Source: Podarcis cretensis
Taxonomy: Eukaryota
DNA length: 64,000 bases
Assembly (NCBI GenBank): GCA_951804945.1
Contig: OX638159.1
Location: 24,676,001 to 24,740,000 of the forward strand
Direction of reading: 5' to 3'
A program made the translations under genes and the position numbers. Below, one piece after another: positions 49,238 through 62,522 of this stretch (positions are counted from its first letter, which is position 1; each line of letters starts with the position of its first letter). The notes beneath the pieces are model-generated. The model did not search any database. It was not told where the DNA came from and was given only the letters and a program-made list of their open reading frames with translations.

Positions 49238-51636
49238 GTCTAGATAAAACCTACTACCCAAACTGCATTCAAAAATATGCACATAAACTGGGATAAAACC
49301 CTTTGTTGTTTGTTATTTAAACCTTGAGCACAGCGGGTGAGCTTTGTGGGCATTATATAGGGCACATGGAACAATGCAAGGAGCTGGTGCTTAAAAATAG
49401 AATAATAAAATGAGTTCAGTGCTGTTTGCCCTGAGGGCCTGACATGACCTGACTTGATGAAGTTCCTCACAGAGAATGGCTTTTATTTTTAGGGCACTCT
49501 ATCTTGGGCCAGCAACGACTCTGCTGATAGCGCAGCAGTGGGGATAGTTTGTCTTGACGGCTGGCACTTATGCCTGAAAAGAATGGAAGAGCATATTTAA
49601 ACTGTCAGACCTTAATTGTTTCATTAGGCGATGGTACCTCCCTCAGAAAAGGAGCAAGCGAGCCGCTGAAAGAATGAGTGATGAACGGCAATTCTGAGAG
49701 GGCACAGAAGCACTGTGTGCCTTACCTCTCTCCCTCTCTCTTTGTTTCTTCCCAGTTCATCTCTGTCAGCAGGCAGAGGATTCAGGGTTGTTGAGCTGTT
49801 GGTGGCTTTAGCAAGGATACATCATAACAGCTATTAAGAATTTTATGTGCTTGGTGTCTGCAGATCTAGTCTATTTTAAATGGAAATGATCCACTACAAA
49901 TTTCCTATAGCTCAACTGAGCCCAGAATTGAAAAGGCTATCGTGTACTCTCATCATAAGAGATGAGAGGTCCCTGATTTTTTTGTGTGCATAACTGAGGT
50001 GGTCCCTTGTGAAATGTCTCAAATTGTTCTGTGAATTTTGTTTTAAAAGTTGTCTGTTCTCATCTGCTGGTTAAATCTCTGCGTTAGAGAGTCACAGAAA
50101 CACTTGGAGCGTAGTCTGGCTCCAAACGGTTTAGAACACAAGTGAGCCCTCCCCCTCAATTCATCCTCCAAAAAATATTGCACACTTGACCTTGAAAGTT
50201 CAGCTCCCAGGTGGCATTTCCAAGAGCTGGCATTTGAAAGAAGAGTGTCTAAATTCAGCCCCAGCGATCGATTTATCAATACCTACACATTTGCGAAGGA
50301 GTATGATTTCTTACTCTCTGGAACAGACCAACCAACCTTCTAAAGAACCTGCCTCCCTCTGGATGACAGCTATCAGTTCCACCCAACACGGCCAATGGTC
50401 AGGCATGGTGACCAAAACATCTGGAGAACTCTAGATTGGGAAAAGTGCTCCAGAATCTCTATTTTCATTTATGTTTGAAGTCATCATAATGAGAGAAATT
50501 CCACCACCAGACTCTCATGCCCAGCACCTTCCCTAGCAGCCATCCCACTCTAAACTATGTGCCCAATGATTGCAAGTTAAAGTCATGTTTCATTTAGAGA
50601 CCACACTATATTTGTAACTATTACAGTGATGTTTGAAGTATGCAAGTGTCAACAATAATTTGCTTTAGAACATGCTTCGGATGTCTGTGGTGGGTAAAAT
50701 GGTTTTTCTATTGGATCTTCATCTTTTGATGAGATAATCTGTGCTCTTCCCTTTCAGCATAGCCTATTATTGGGGTTTCAGGAGAGAAGATGAGGTGATG
50801 CGGGGGATCTTTTCCGATTTATTTCCTGCTACCATGTGGAATAAAGATCAACAGCATGATTCCCACTTACATACATTTAGGGACTTAACAACTCTTTATG
50901 GCAAAAGCTTAAGCCCTGGTGATATTTCGTCAAGAAACAAAACAGAAAGCTTTCTCTTAGTTTAAGCTTAAAATCAGGTGTGTTTTTTTCCCTTCAGCTA
51001 TATTCGTTCTCTATCTGGGGATATTCTATCTCCCCACCCCCCACCCCACCAGTACAAAGAACTGAGTGTGATTAATGGCTTTTTCAAGAGAGAAAATCTG
51101 CTCTTGTGGGCAGCAACCAAAGGGAGGATTCCTTTTAAAAGTCTCGAGTGGGAGGAAGTCTGCCAGCAGTTGGTTGGTTGCTGGCAGCAGCTGTGTGGGC
51201 TACAGATCTTTGCTGCTTTTGTAGATGGGGCTGCTGATTTATTTTAGTTTCCACAATTTAACAGAGCTTTGTTTAAGCGGGTTAATGCAGTTCATCTTCT
51301 ACCTCATGATCAAACTATATGTGAGTAGACTTTCAGCCAAGTTAACATGGGTTTTCTATATACATGTATAGCTCCAGTGAGAGTTCATGTATCACGCTAA
51401 CATATATTTCCATTGTTCTGGTATAAGGGGGTATCATATTTTAATGCATATTCAGGATGGATTGTGTGCATGTTTCAGGAGTCCTGTGCACATGAAATGC
51501 CATATCCCTTTTCACACAAATCCATACAACCAAACTTTCAAAGGACTTATGTATCTACGACACATTTAGGAAACCTATTTGTTTGTCTGTCTGTTTGTTA
51601 TGTATTTGGACACCTCATCAAGATACCATCAATATA

Positions 51637-51805
51637 CCGTAATTTTCGCTCTATAACATGCACCTGACCATAACACGCACATAGTTTTTAGAGGAGGAAA
51701 ATCCGTAGGCATGCCACCCGTAGGCATTCCCTCCATAACACGCACAGACATTTCCCCTTACTTTCTAGGAGGAAAAAAGTGAGTGTTATGGTGCAAAAAA
51801 TACGG
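51637..51805. mobile_element. Tc1/mariner (Tc2/pogo-like) MITE
   Basis: TIRs CCGTAATTTTCGCTCTATAAC / GTTATGGTGCAAAAAATACGG flanked by TA. Confidence 0.88.
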
Positions 51806-52199
51806 TAATTTGATGGTTCCTGAGATCAAGGGGAAGGGATTTTTTTGCCAATGTTTGGATACAGTTACATTTCACTATGAATCAAGATGAGGACTGAACC
51901 TTTCAGAACGGCACTGATCTTTTGGTTCCTGAGATATCCCAAACAATACCACTGCTAGTTTCCAATAAAATACACATACACACACTGCACCACTGGAAAC
52001 CAACCAGAGCTGGTCTGTGAGGCACAGCTGTATGCTGTCAGAACATATAAAAATGCTCTTGTGAAGACTTGGAAGGTCTGCCTCTATAACATCCTATAGC
52101 AGAGGCCTTTGAGTCCTATCGAAACTGTAGAGGCTATCATAAACAAAGTCTGTTCACATCTTGCAAGAAGGGGGTGTTTCCTAGCAATGCCCTGGGCAG

Positions 52200-52260
52200 A
52201 CGGACACTGCCATCAATTACTCATTGGCTGTCATGGCATCAATCACATCTTGCAGCGCTA
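52200..52260 (-). promoter_or_regulatory. Candidate PBX-HOX/MEIS enhancer core
   Basis: Minus strand TGATTGAT-GCCA-TGACAG-CCAAT (ATCAATCA at 52238-52245, CTGTCA at 52228-52233) in non-repetitive sequence. Confidence 0.4.
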
Positions 52261-52576
52261 CTGTTATGTTAGATTCATGGGGCTGAGCTGCCCAAAAGTA
52301 GCTCTAAGATTTGTTGACTAGTCTCTGTAATCTTCTAATTTATCTTGTGGCTACAGACGTGCAGCATTGCCTATATAATTTCTTCTGAAGGAAGCAAGTG
52401 GTCCCACCTGCACAATACATTTAAAGCAGTATCAGACAACTTTAAGCAGCCATGGCTGTCCCCAAAGTCTCATGGGAACTGTAGTTTGCTAAGGGTGCTG
52501 AGAGTTGTTAGAGTCCTTTTCCACCCACAGAGCTACAGTTCAAAGAGTGATTTAACTTTCAATCCTCAGAGAACTA

Positions 52577-52916
52577 AGGTGACTATGGGCTTGTGGCGCT
52601 CATGTTGCTTTCAGGCCAAGGGAGCCGGCGTTTGTCCACAGAAAGCTTTCTGGGTCATGTGGCCAGCATGACTAAACCACTACTGGCACACGGAGGACCG
52701 TGATGAGCACCAGAGCGCATGGAAAAACCATTTACCTTCCCGCCGCAGTGCTACCTATTTATCTACTTGCACTGGCATGCTTTCAAACTGCTAGGTTGGC
52801 AGGAGCTGGGACAGATCAATGGGAGCTCACCCCGTCGCGGGGATTCGGAACGCCAACCTTCCGATCAGCAAGCCCAAGAGGCTCAGTGGTTCAGACCACA
52901 GCGCCACCCACGTCCC
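52577..52916 (-). mobile_element. Sauria SINE, minus strand, 3' tail missing
   Basis: Reverse complement of the head ends cagcgccacccacgtccc at 52916. Core cctatttatctacttgcactggcatgctttcaaactgctaggttggcagg present. Confidence 0.92.
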
Positions 52917-53829
52917 ATGACATAATGATTGATGGCATAATGTATGTTGGGAGAGGCTAAGTTGTAGACCTTCCAGTTGGTTGGTTTGCATATTATCACA
53001 ATGTTGTTGTGCTGTCAGTGCAGAAGTCTAGGATAACACTCAGCAGAATAAGCAAGAGCCCACACCCACCTCTGCCAATGGCAGCAATTGCTTACCCCAT
53101 TTTGAAGGAATACACCATCTAATATAACCCAAGATCTCCACTACTACCAAGTAGACAAATGCATGTTGTTTCAGGGTGGTCTCCTTCCAAGCGTCACAAT
53201 ACATTTATAGTTTCATTGCAGAGTTGGTAGCAGCCTTTGTTGAGAGATTCATAATGACTCAAGATTTCCTGTACTAACAAGATAGCAACTTTGAGCTTTT
53301 AAAACCTTTATGGCCTTGTTTATTCATTTCTCTTAGAGCCTGATGAGCTCCAGTTGTACAAGGCTTAGGCATCTGTCACAGTGGGTGTGAGCCACCCTTG
53401 GTGAACTAAATGGTCCATGCTGTGCTACAAAGATTCATAAATGGCATTGTTGTCTGTGTCTGACTAAAGGCATGGCTCATCCTAGTTTTTTTTTTAAAAG
53501 TGTGGTCCCAATTATTTCACCTTGGGTGATGAGTTGACTGATTCTTTGCTGTCCCCCCCCCCACATTTAATAGTGTTTTTATGACATCTGACTCATGGTA
53601 TCATTGTTGTTTTTCCTTAAAAATTTACTTTTAATGTGCAGGATGTTCTGAAAACCTTTTGCTGAATGTGACAACCTTGTGAGTTAGGTTTTTCATCGTC
53701 ATAATAGTTATTTATTATTGCATGAACAAGAAACTGAGACAGAATGGTAATGATTTTCCCAAGACCATAATGACCCCATAGGTGAGTTCAGATTTAATCT
53801 GGCTAAGGTTAAAAGAACAGGGAAACTCC

Positions 53830-54410
53830 CAAAGTAGGGAGGAGGATGTTCTAGCAGCCTCATAAAGGAGTTCCATAACACTGAGGCCACTACAGAAATG
53901 GCCCTGCTACTGGTGGTTAATGAGATGGAATTTTGAAGAAGTTCCTCACCAGAAGAAAATGTTCTCTGGGGTAATAAAAACAATAAAGGTAAAAACTGGC
54001 AATTTCAACTGGGCCTGGTAACAGAATGACTACCAGAGTGGATCATTCAACCCAGTTGCAGTATCCAAACCATCTATAGCATCCAAACCATCTACAATGC
54101 TAGTAGAGCACATTTTAATTGTTTCTACTCTGTCACCACACAGTGAGTGATGGTGCCCAAGTCTTCATTTGTAAGCAGTAGACAGAACTATCAAATCAGC
54201 CAAAGCTGATCATCCATGAATGATGTCAGCTCAAGTAGTAACTTCCCAATCTGGTCCTTACAGGAGGTGTACAACCCTATCCAGGAAAGGCATATCTCCA
54301 ACCAGTGAATCCATAAACTCCCCTTCATTGTCCCCTCCATCTTTTCTGAATTAAGTTTATCCAACCGCACCCACTCTACCACTAACTGCACGAAGGCCTT
54401 CTGAGTACTT
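53830..54410 (-). mobile_element. Old L2 LINE fragment
   Basis: ggagttccataacactgaggccactacagaaatggccct is the reverse complement of a RAFSVVAPxLWNSL-like segment. Minus-strand WVRLDKLNSEKME resembles the L2 W..N.LKLNP.KTE motif. Confidence 0.55.
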
Positions 54411-55220
54411 CACTTCCATTTATTTTGTTTAATCATGTAAACCACATTACTATTGTATCCATTGTACCAACTGGGAGCTGACATGGATTCTAAAGACCTC
54501 TGATTCAAGTAGCACACCTCCCTTGGACTTCCCATTCTGTAGACTTAAGCAAACAATCTAAGTCCACCTCACTATGCATGCTTTCATGCTGGTACTCATT
54601 CCAGAAAGATATATGGATTCAAATGTGCAACATATAGAATGTCTCTCCCTCCTGTGCTAAAATAAATCTTCATGGTTTGCCACCCTCTGGTGAAGAATTA
54701 CGGTTCCATGCAGTGAGATGTATAAACTTCCTATGTAGACCAAATTCCATACAATCAGAATTAAATGTCTCCTTTCTGCCACTTAGTTGCTTGAACAGAA
54801 CCTGCTTGAAGCTTCATTTGTGTCAAACGTCACATTGTTCAGGATTTATAGCTACTGCTTTGAAGTTTAACATCAGCAATTGGCTGTATATTGGTATATG
54901 AGGATTGGTTGTCACTGATTAATGAAAGCTAATTGACATTACAGGCTGAAACAGGAATTTGGAAGTTTTCCTTGTTGAGTTAAGTGATTGGGAAGCTTTT
55001 CTTGTTGAGTTATTTGATCCCTGTCACTTTAGAAGAAGGTTAACCTTACTCAGAAAATATGGGCTATGGGGGAAAACACACATACACAATGCATATTATC
55101 TGAAAGAAAAGGCCTGCAAAGTGACTCCTTTGGCATCCTTCCCACCTGGGCAGACTTGCACCTTCTGGAGTTGTTCCATCTGGTACTCTTATCCTCCTGC
55201 TCCGCAAATATAGACTAATA

Positions 55221-55610
55221 AGGAAGCGGGTGGCGTTGTGGTCTAAACCACTGAGTCTCTTGGGCTTGCTGATTAGAAGGTTGGCAGTTTGAATCCCCAC
55301 GATGAGGTGAGCTCCTGTTGCTCTGTCCCAGATCCTGCCAACCTAGCAGTTCAAAAGCATGCCAGTGCAAGTAGATAAATAGGTACCACTGCAGCAGGAA
55401 GGCAAACGGCGTTTCCATGCGATCTGGTTTCCATCATGGTGATTTGTTGCACCAGAAACGGTTTGGTCATGCTGGCCACATGACCCGGAAAGCTGTCTGT
55501 GGACAAATGCCGGCTCCCTCGGCCTGAAAGTGAGATGGGTGCCACAACCCCATAGTTGCCTTTGACTGGACTTAACCGTCCATGGGTCCTTTACCTTTTT
55601 TTTTTTTTAC
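55221..55610 (+). mobile_element. Sauria SINE, full length, older subfamily
   Basis: Head ggaagcgggtggcgttgtggtctaaaccactgag and tail gtcctttacc(T)n. TSD t(a/g)gactaata at 55211-55220 and 55611-55620. Confidence 0.93.
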
Positions 55611-57706
55611 TGGACTAATAGAAATGATGTGTGGATCCAGCTTTCCACTTCCAGTTGTCCAGATAAATGATCAACATTTGATTTCCAGCTTCTAATGGAG
55701 TGATCTTAAGCAACTGCTATCCTTGTTCTTACTCCCTGCACCCCAGTTGATGTGGTGAAAAGAACAGTTTTCTTAAGCAACAATGTAGGAGATGGTGTCT
55801 TCCATGGGTTCATTGCATGGTGCTGCTGTAATGTTTCCATACCTGCCATCACAGGGATGTGGGACCTTATCATCTGGTCATCACCTGTCTGTGGGTAAGA
55901 GGTGATTATGCAGAAAGGATCTGTGTGGTTTGATCCACCCATGTGCTAGGCCATGAGAAGTGACCCCCAGCATCACTGCTGCAACCCGGGACCATTTGAT
56001 GATATACAAATAATAAATGCAAAAGAAAGTTCTAATAAACAATAATCAATAATCAATCAGTTTATCAAGGGCGCCTAGTTTGCTTTGCTAAGAATATCCA
56101 TGTAGATAAACACTATTTCAGCCAGCCAGCCTGCATTTACTTCATTCTTGGCCAATTCTTGATTGCTGTTATTTTTCCATGTTTTCTGAAATATCCTCTC
56201 TTGCGGGTCTAACCTTTTAACAAGGCAACTTCCCTACATCGTTGTAAATCCCCAGTTCTGGCAAGCAAATTTATGGCAACTAAATATGACATTGCTAAGC
56301 TGTATTTAGTACTGTCTTCTTCCAGTTTCTTGTCTTCAAATAGTTTCTTTCTTGCTTCTAAAAGCAGTTTTCTAAATGACGGCAGAGCACTGGCTCTCAA
56401 ATGTTAACCATGTGTCTTGGTAGAAACCCAATATCTTTGAATCTAGTTAGATGCAGCTGTAAAGCGAGGGGGAAGGGGAAGAAGATCATATGGAGGGGAA
56501 GCTACTTTGAAGTTTGGTAAAAGAGTCTCGTGTAAAAGGAAAGCAATTCAAACATAAGGCTGGGAAAGATAAACACATTGTATGATGGGGCTAATGCCCA
56601 AACAGCTGGTAAGGATATCTATAGAGCAGAAAGAGAAAGATCCCATTTTCCATTTTCTACTGTTCTGCTATTTCCTAAAGTCAGCAAAAGATATCTGTTG
56701 AAAGTCTTCTTTAAAAAGTCCAGAGAAAAGGGAAATTACTTAAGGCTGCTGAAAACACTCGATGAAGGACCAGATGTTGAATTTAATGTAATATATGCAT
56801 GCATTATAAACATTTGCAGTATTCATTAAGCATCTTCATAAAATATTCAACAGAGACTTGTTTTGAGGTCAGTGTTGTATAGCTGTTGATTTGACGATCA
56901 ATTATTTTGTTTATTACACTTTTCCCCCTCCGAAAATGGAATGAGTCCAATGGCTAATTTGAGGAAACATTCGGAGTGGTCTATGTGACTGCAGTGCCAA
57001 TGGACTCAAGTTGCTAATTTGATTGGCACTACAGTCCCATAGAGTCCACTCTTGAGATATCACTGGTTAACCATTATGCAAGGTACATTGTCATGTAGGC
57101 CCAATGCTATAGGCTTATATGTAAAGCAGCAAGCTGTCATTTATGCACCATAATCTGCCTTTGTAGCACCCGAGTTAAAAAAAAAAAAAAAGCTGAAGCA
57201 AAAATATTCCAACTATTTCTTTGTCAAATGATCTAGATGATGTCCCAGATGAAAGGTAAAATATCATTAGGCTATATCTGTCTGAGGGTGTCCTGCTTCT
57301 AGCTGAGACAGATCTTTAGAGGAATCTGTAAAGAGGAGCAGGCATTACGCTGTAGCATGAGACAACTTTCATGGCCATTGCAATTTGAATGATGTGGCAG
57401 TATATCTAGTTATAGTCCTGACACTGTTCTCACCTTCATGGCATTTGAATAGAGGACCAGCATGGCTTGTCTATCCACAGGTATAGGGAGATGTCTTCTT
57501 AGTTTATACAGCACACAAGGTGAGAGGCAGCTTAATCTGCAGAATCCAGGCCTGTGGTTTCATTTTCAGCTGTAAACATTCTTCAAGTCTTGTTTCTCTT
57601 CGATAAATTAGCTGCAATAAATTTAAACTGCAAGATAAGTGCCGGTGATTTAGCGTCAAGATTGAGGGTGGCCCCCAAATAGCCCAGGCAATAGAAACTA
57701 AAGGCA

Positions 57707-57717
57707 AAGGGCCATAG

Positions 57718-57767
<50 letters not shown>

Positions 57768-58243
57768 TTATTATTTATACCCCGCCCATCTGGTTGGGTT
57801 TCCCCAGCCACTCTGGGCAGCTTCCAACAGAATATTAAAATGCAATAATCTATTAAACATTAAAAGCTTCCCTAAACAGGGCTGCCTTCAGATGTCTTCT
57901 AAAAGTCTGGTAGATGTTTTCCTCTTTGACATCTGATGGGAGGGTTTCCACAGGGTGGGCGCCACTCTGCCTGGTTCCTTGTAACTTGGCTTCTCGCAGT
58001 GAGGGAACCGCCAGAAGGCCCTTGGCGTTGGACCTCAGTGTCCTGGCCGAAAGATGGGGGTGGAGACGCTCATGGTAGAGCATCTTCTTTGCATATACTG
58101 TGGAAGTTCCCAGGTTCAGTCCCCAGCATCTCCAGGTAGGTCTGGCAAGGTTCCTCTAGAGAAAAGCCTAGAGAGACACTGGCAGCCAGAAGAGACAAAA
58201 TGCAGCTAGAAAGACCAGTATAAGGCAGGTCCCTATGTTTCTA
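57707..58243 (+). mobile_element. tRNA-derived SINE with CR1-like tail, split by the L2 insertion (pieces 57707-57717 and 58068-58243)
   Basis: aagggccatag | ctcatggtagagcatc...tttgcat...cccaggttcagtccccagcatctccaggtagg...agtataaggcaggtccctatgtttcta. Confidence 0.75.
57718..58070 (-). mobile_element. L2-clade LINE 3' end with (ATT)n tail, inserted into a tRNA-SINE head
   Basis: Minus-strand translation ARTLRS...LLAVPSLREAKLQGTRQ...LPSDVKE...TFRRHLKAALFREAF resembles an L2 ORF2 C-terminus. 3'UTR ataccccgcccatctgg...cagccactctgggc; (AAT)16. Confidence 0.88.
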
Positions 58244-58677
58244 AACATAGCAGCTCATTGTCTTATGCTACTATCACATTGACTAAATACAAGAAGGATC
58301 TGGCACTGCTTGCTTTAAAGAAAAATGACGATCCTTAGACAACTACCTAAGATTGGTATGAGCAACTGTAGAGAGAGGATGGTTTCCCCAAAGATAAAAG
58401 TTCTTTTCTGATATTTATCTCTTATTTTCTGAATGTTTAACTTTGCTTGGAGGAAAGGTGGGTTATAAATATAGTAATGAATAAATCAGTCAATCATGTT
58501 CCAATAATAATAATACCTTTATTGTCAATGTACAACCTGTGTACAATGAAATTAACCGAACCTCCCTCCCCCCCCACAAACACTCAATCTCATTGCATTC
58601 TGTGTGCTTGTCGCACAACACACCAACCCCAAAAAGAAAGAAAAACAACATCCAGGGTAGACATCTTTGTGTTATGG

Positions 58678-58813
58678 CAGTGTTTCTCAACCTTGGGTCC
58701 CCAGATGTTGTTGGACTACAACTCCCATCATCCCTGAGCTCTGGCCTTGCTAGCTAGGGATGATGGGACTTGTAGGCCAAAAACATCTGTGGACCCAAGG
58801 TTGAGAAAGGCTG
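58678..58813. mobile_element. hAT MITE (palindromic, 136 bp)
   Basis: TIRs cagtgtttctcaaccttgggtcc / ggacccaaggttgagaaaggctg. Perfect 8-bp TSD TGTTATGG at 58670-58677 and 58814-58821. Confidence 0.92.
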
Positions 58814-59627
58814 TGTTATGGGGTGGGGCCACATCAAGAGGGCCACAGGTTCACCCCACCTGTTAATTTGTCATTCTAGGTTTAGTTTTGGTTCATACTT
58901 TGTGGGTCAGAGACTACATTTCCAAATCAACCTCCAGAGGGCCTGAAAACACATTTAGGCCACAACCCCCTTTGAACTGGCTTGGATTGGGGGAAAGTGA
59001 CCAGCCCTACCAGCCTCCACCGGCCTCTGTTATACTTTTGGGAGACTCCATCTTCACCTTCTCGCCCCTCAAAAACGGGTTGTTATTAGGCAGCACTTCT
59101 GCAATGTTGTGCTGCAGCCTTTTCACTGCCAAGACTGCACACTTGATCAACAGGCTAATGTCTTCACATTTTCTACTTCCAAGTTAAAAGAAAAGGATAC
59201 TGATGGCCACATGCTCAACATCCATGCATAATTATCCAGATGTTGTAGCTATCTAACAAAATTCAAAAGGTGTCGGATTTAAGACAGTAGCCCATTTAAC
59301 TCTGTTAAATATATGGATTTTCCCTAGAGTTCCTGTTACGGCTAATGACGGCCCCAGCTGTCTCTACTAGTATGATGTGGTATCTTGTGACAACAGCTTT
59401 TGGGATCCTATTTGCTTACAGCAGAAATGGTATCTTGATATTTCTTCACACCTCTTTCCCTTCCGGATGGATAATAATATGATTTGTTCTCTTGCACTTA
59501 CGCATAAAGAAAAAAAAGTTTATTGTCTCCCCAGAAATTTCCAAAATAGCATGCAGGCTCTGTGCTTTACATTTTTTGTTAGGTTGAGAAATTTACAGTG
59601 CAACCCTAGACAGGTCTACTATTAAGA

Positions 59628-59675
59628 CTGTTTTCATGGAAGACAATCTTGGTTATGAATGATCACCAAAGAAGA
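59628..59675 (+). mobile_element. Short RTE-like LINE 3' end inserted in an older squamate repeat (~59594-59740)
   Basis: catggaagacaatctt...gatcaccaaagaag is the reverse complement of the insert at 49096-49140. Host sequence ggtctact|actcagaagtaa is interrupted. Confidence 0.6.
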
Positions 59676-62044
59676 CTCAGAAGTAAACGCCACTGAGTCC
59701 AATGAGGCTTGTTCCCATGTAACTGCGTACAAGATTTCAATCTCAAAGGGTTGCCCCCACCTTCCTGAAAAGTCATTTTCTTAATTGAAAGCTAGTGCTG
59801 TAGCAGCATGAGCATGAATTGAAAGACTATCTGTTCCTGTTCACAAGTGCTCAATACATCAGTATTGGATGTCTCTAATGCCATGGCTGTGATCATGTGA
59901 GTAGTTCACCAAAGAGCATGTGAATGTCCAGGATAATGGGCAGAATTCTATTCATACTAGCTGTCAAAATTTAATCTTCACTGGCTTTGAAACAAAGCCT
60001 CAGAGAGATTAATTCAGTGGATGGACTGAGTTCAGATTTCCAATATCAGGATGTTTAGGTGGGTGCAGCTATCCCGAGACTCCCTAACCCATTAGTTTAG
60101 CTCAATCTATTCACTCTCTCATTCACTCATGGCTTTCAAAGCCTTTTGCATTCAGGCTTCATCATTCCACCAGAAAGCTTTTGGTGACAGAAAATTTTAA
60201 GCACTCCGAGAGCTGAAAGGTATTTAAATGTTATAATGAATCCTTATAATTAGTTTTACTCTTTTTAATCAAGGATGCAAAACAGTATTTCTTGTTCTGG
60301 CTGAGATGTTGTGTGTGTAACTATAAATGGATCTGCTTGTGAAATTAGAAGTTAAACCTCTCTTGGAAATGTCTTGTTATAATGTTCTTCTGGTTAGTAC
60401 ACCATTATTAAGGCAGAAAAAGGAGGAAAACCTAAACAACAGCATTCAGGTAACTAATATGCCAGTCTGGTGCCAGGCTACAGAGACATCATTGCTAAAT
60501 GTGAGAGTAAAAAAAGAGATAAAATGCCCCACTCCTAATAATAAGGGAGTATAAAATGAATTGGAAGCATGTAATTTTATGCCTTAAAGATGGGGAATCA
60601 TCCTATTGTATGACATGAACACAAATATCTCTCATAGAGAACCCAACAAATGCAGGCTATTCATTTTTTAAAAAATAAATAAATAAAAACCCAAAATCGC
60701 TTGTTTCATTTTTAGAGTTGGTAGACACTCTATGGAGAACTTGCCTTAAAACATTCATTTTAACCAAAATGAATTTGTCATTTCTCTGCAACTGGTCTCC
60801 ACCTCCAGATGAAAAATAATCTTGTTTTGATTTATGTATTTAATATTTCATACTGGAAATGTAAAACTACAGGGGTTATTTTATAGAGCTTGGGATCAAG
60901 AAATATGGGGGCAATTTATTATATTTATTATTTGCCTTTATAAAACTATAAATCAACATTATTGAAAATTAAATGTAGGTTAGACTGTAAGGGACCATTG
61001 AGGTATAACAATGTTTTACATATGACTTCCGAGGATATGATGAGAATCTGAATTATTCATGGGAGACCCTAGATATTCCTTCAACTTAATCAAATTAATA
61101 AAACAATTTCATTCCAAGACCTATTAGCACTCAGCAGGAGCAATGTAACAGGGATACATTTCTGGTTCATTTTCCATTTTTGTCTGCTGGAGACAAGAAA
61201 AGGAAAATACAATTATTCTACTTTTTTAAAACTCTAACTTTTATGATTATGGCTGTTGTTTGCTAACCTCTCTCCTATATTTGGGCTGCAGTTCTAAATA
61301 CACTTACTGGGGATTTAGCCCTATTGAGCTAAACCTGCATAGAATTGCATTCCAGCTTAGTAAAAATAGATTTTGATGGTCCATTTACATGAAACACGAC
61401 ATCTGCCGTTATATACCAGAACTGGGACTTCCTAGCTATGGAAAAACCTGGCTTGTCCTATTTTTACTTGAGCACTAGAGGATCCATTGCTGGAACTCGT
61501 GAACCTTAGAGAGTTTCAAAATGAAAGTGTTTCCATTCTGCTGATCCACGTAATTTCTGTCTCAGGCTAGGGTTTAGTTAGCTTGCTAACATGTCTGAAA
61601 TATAACAAGCTGCAAATAACATTTTGTGTTCTATACTCACCCTCCATTTCCAGACTTCCAGTGAAGCCATCTTTTGCTTAGAGTTGTTGCTCATACGAGG
61701 CTAGGAAATTATACTTGATTATTTCAGGAAAAGCACCTAGGTCTGTAAAAAATTAAGTTTAAAATGTGATGTGAAGGTGAGGGGTGGAAGAAGTAGGAAG
61801 TAATCAATCAGAAGATCACCATCAGGTACACAGAATTCTTTGATCTAAACTTTCCAAAACTGGTGTCTTCCAGATGTTTTCGATGACAGCTCCTATCCAC
61901 TCAAGCTAGCATGGCCATATAGTCCAAAACATCTGGAGGGTACCTGGTCAACACAAGGTGTTTTGGCACTTTGAGCTGTTCTGTATAGGGGGGGAAATTC
62001 CATGCCCTCTGATACCACACAGATCTGGGGATACTCACACAGCT

Positions 62045-62270
62045 AGCATGGGATAATGGCTAGAATGTCCAGCTATGACTGGGAAAACCCAGCCTCAAAT
62101 TCTCATTCAGCCACAAAGCTCTCTTGAGTGACTTTGAGCCACTCACCATCTCTCTACCCAAACACAGGGTTGTTGTGAAAATAAAATGAGCTGAGAAGGA
62201 GCTTGTATGCTGCCTTGGGATTTATGGTGGAAAGAGGGATAAAAGTCTAATATATAGGATGATAAATAAA
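62045..62270 (+). mobile_element. CORE-SINE (MIR/Squam3-like), degenerate
   Basis: gtgactttgagccactcac...acagggttgttgtgaaaataaaatg...tgtatgctgccttgg. Confidence 0.65.
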
Positions 62271-62444
62271 GGGCAGACTTGAAGGTCACATTGTATACAT
62301 TCATGTACCTGCATATGTGAAATAAGTGTAGGTTCCTATTAGTCAATATACCAATTGATATTTTTCTTTAGAATTGCTAACTGTCACTAGCTTGGAAAAA
62401 AGAGAGTAATTTAAATGAGGATTTTTCTGCTGGCCAGATCCATA

Positions 62445-62522
62445 AATTGTGTTTTTACTATTTTTTGTTGGGAGCCACCCAGAGTGGCTGGGGTAACCCA
62501 GATGGGTGGCATAATAATAATA

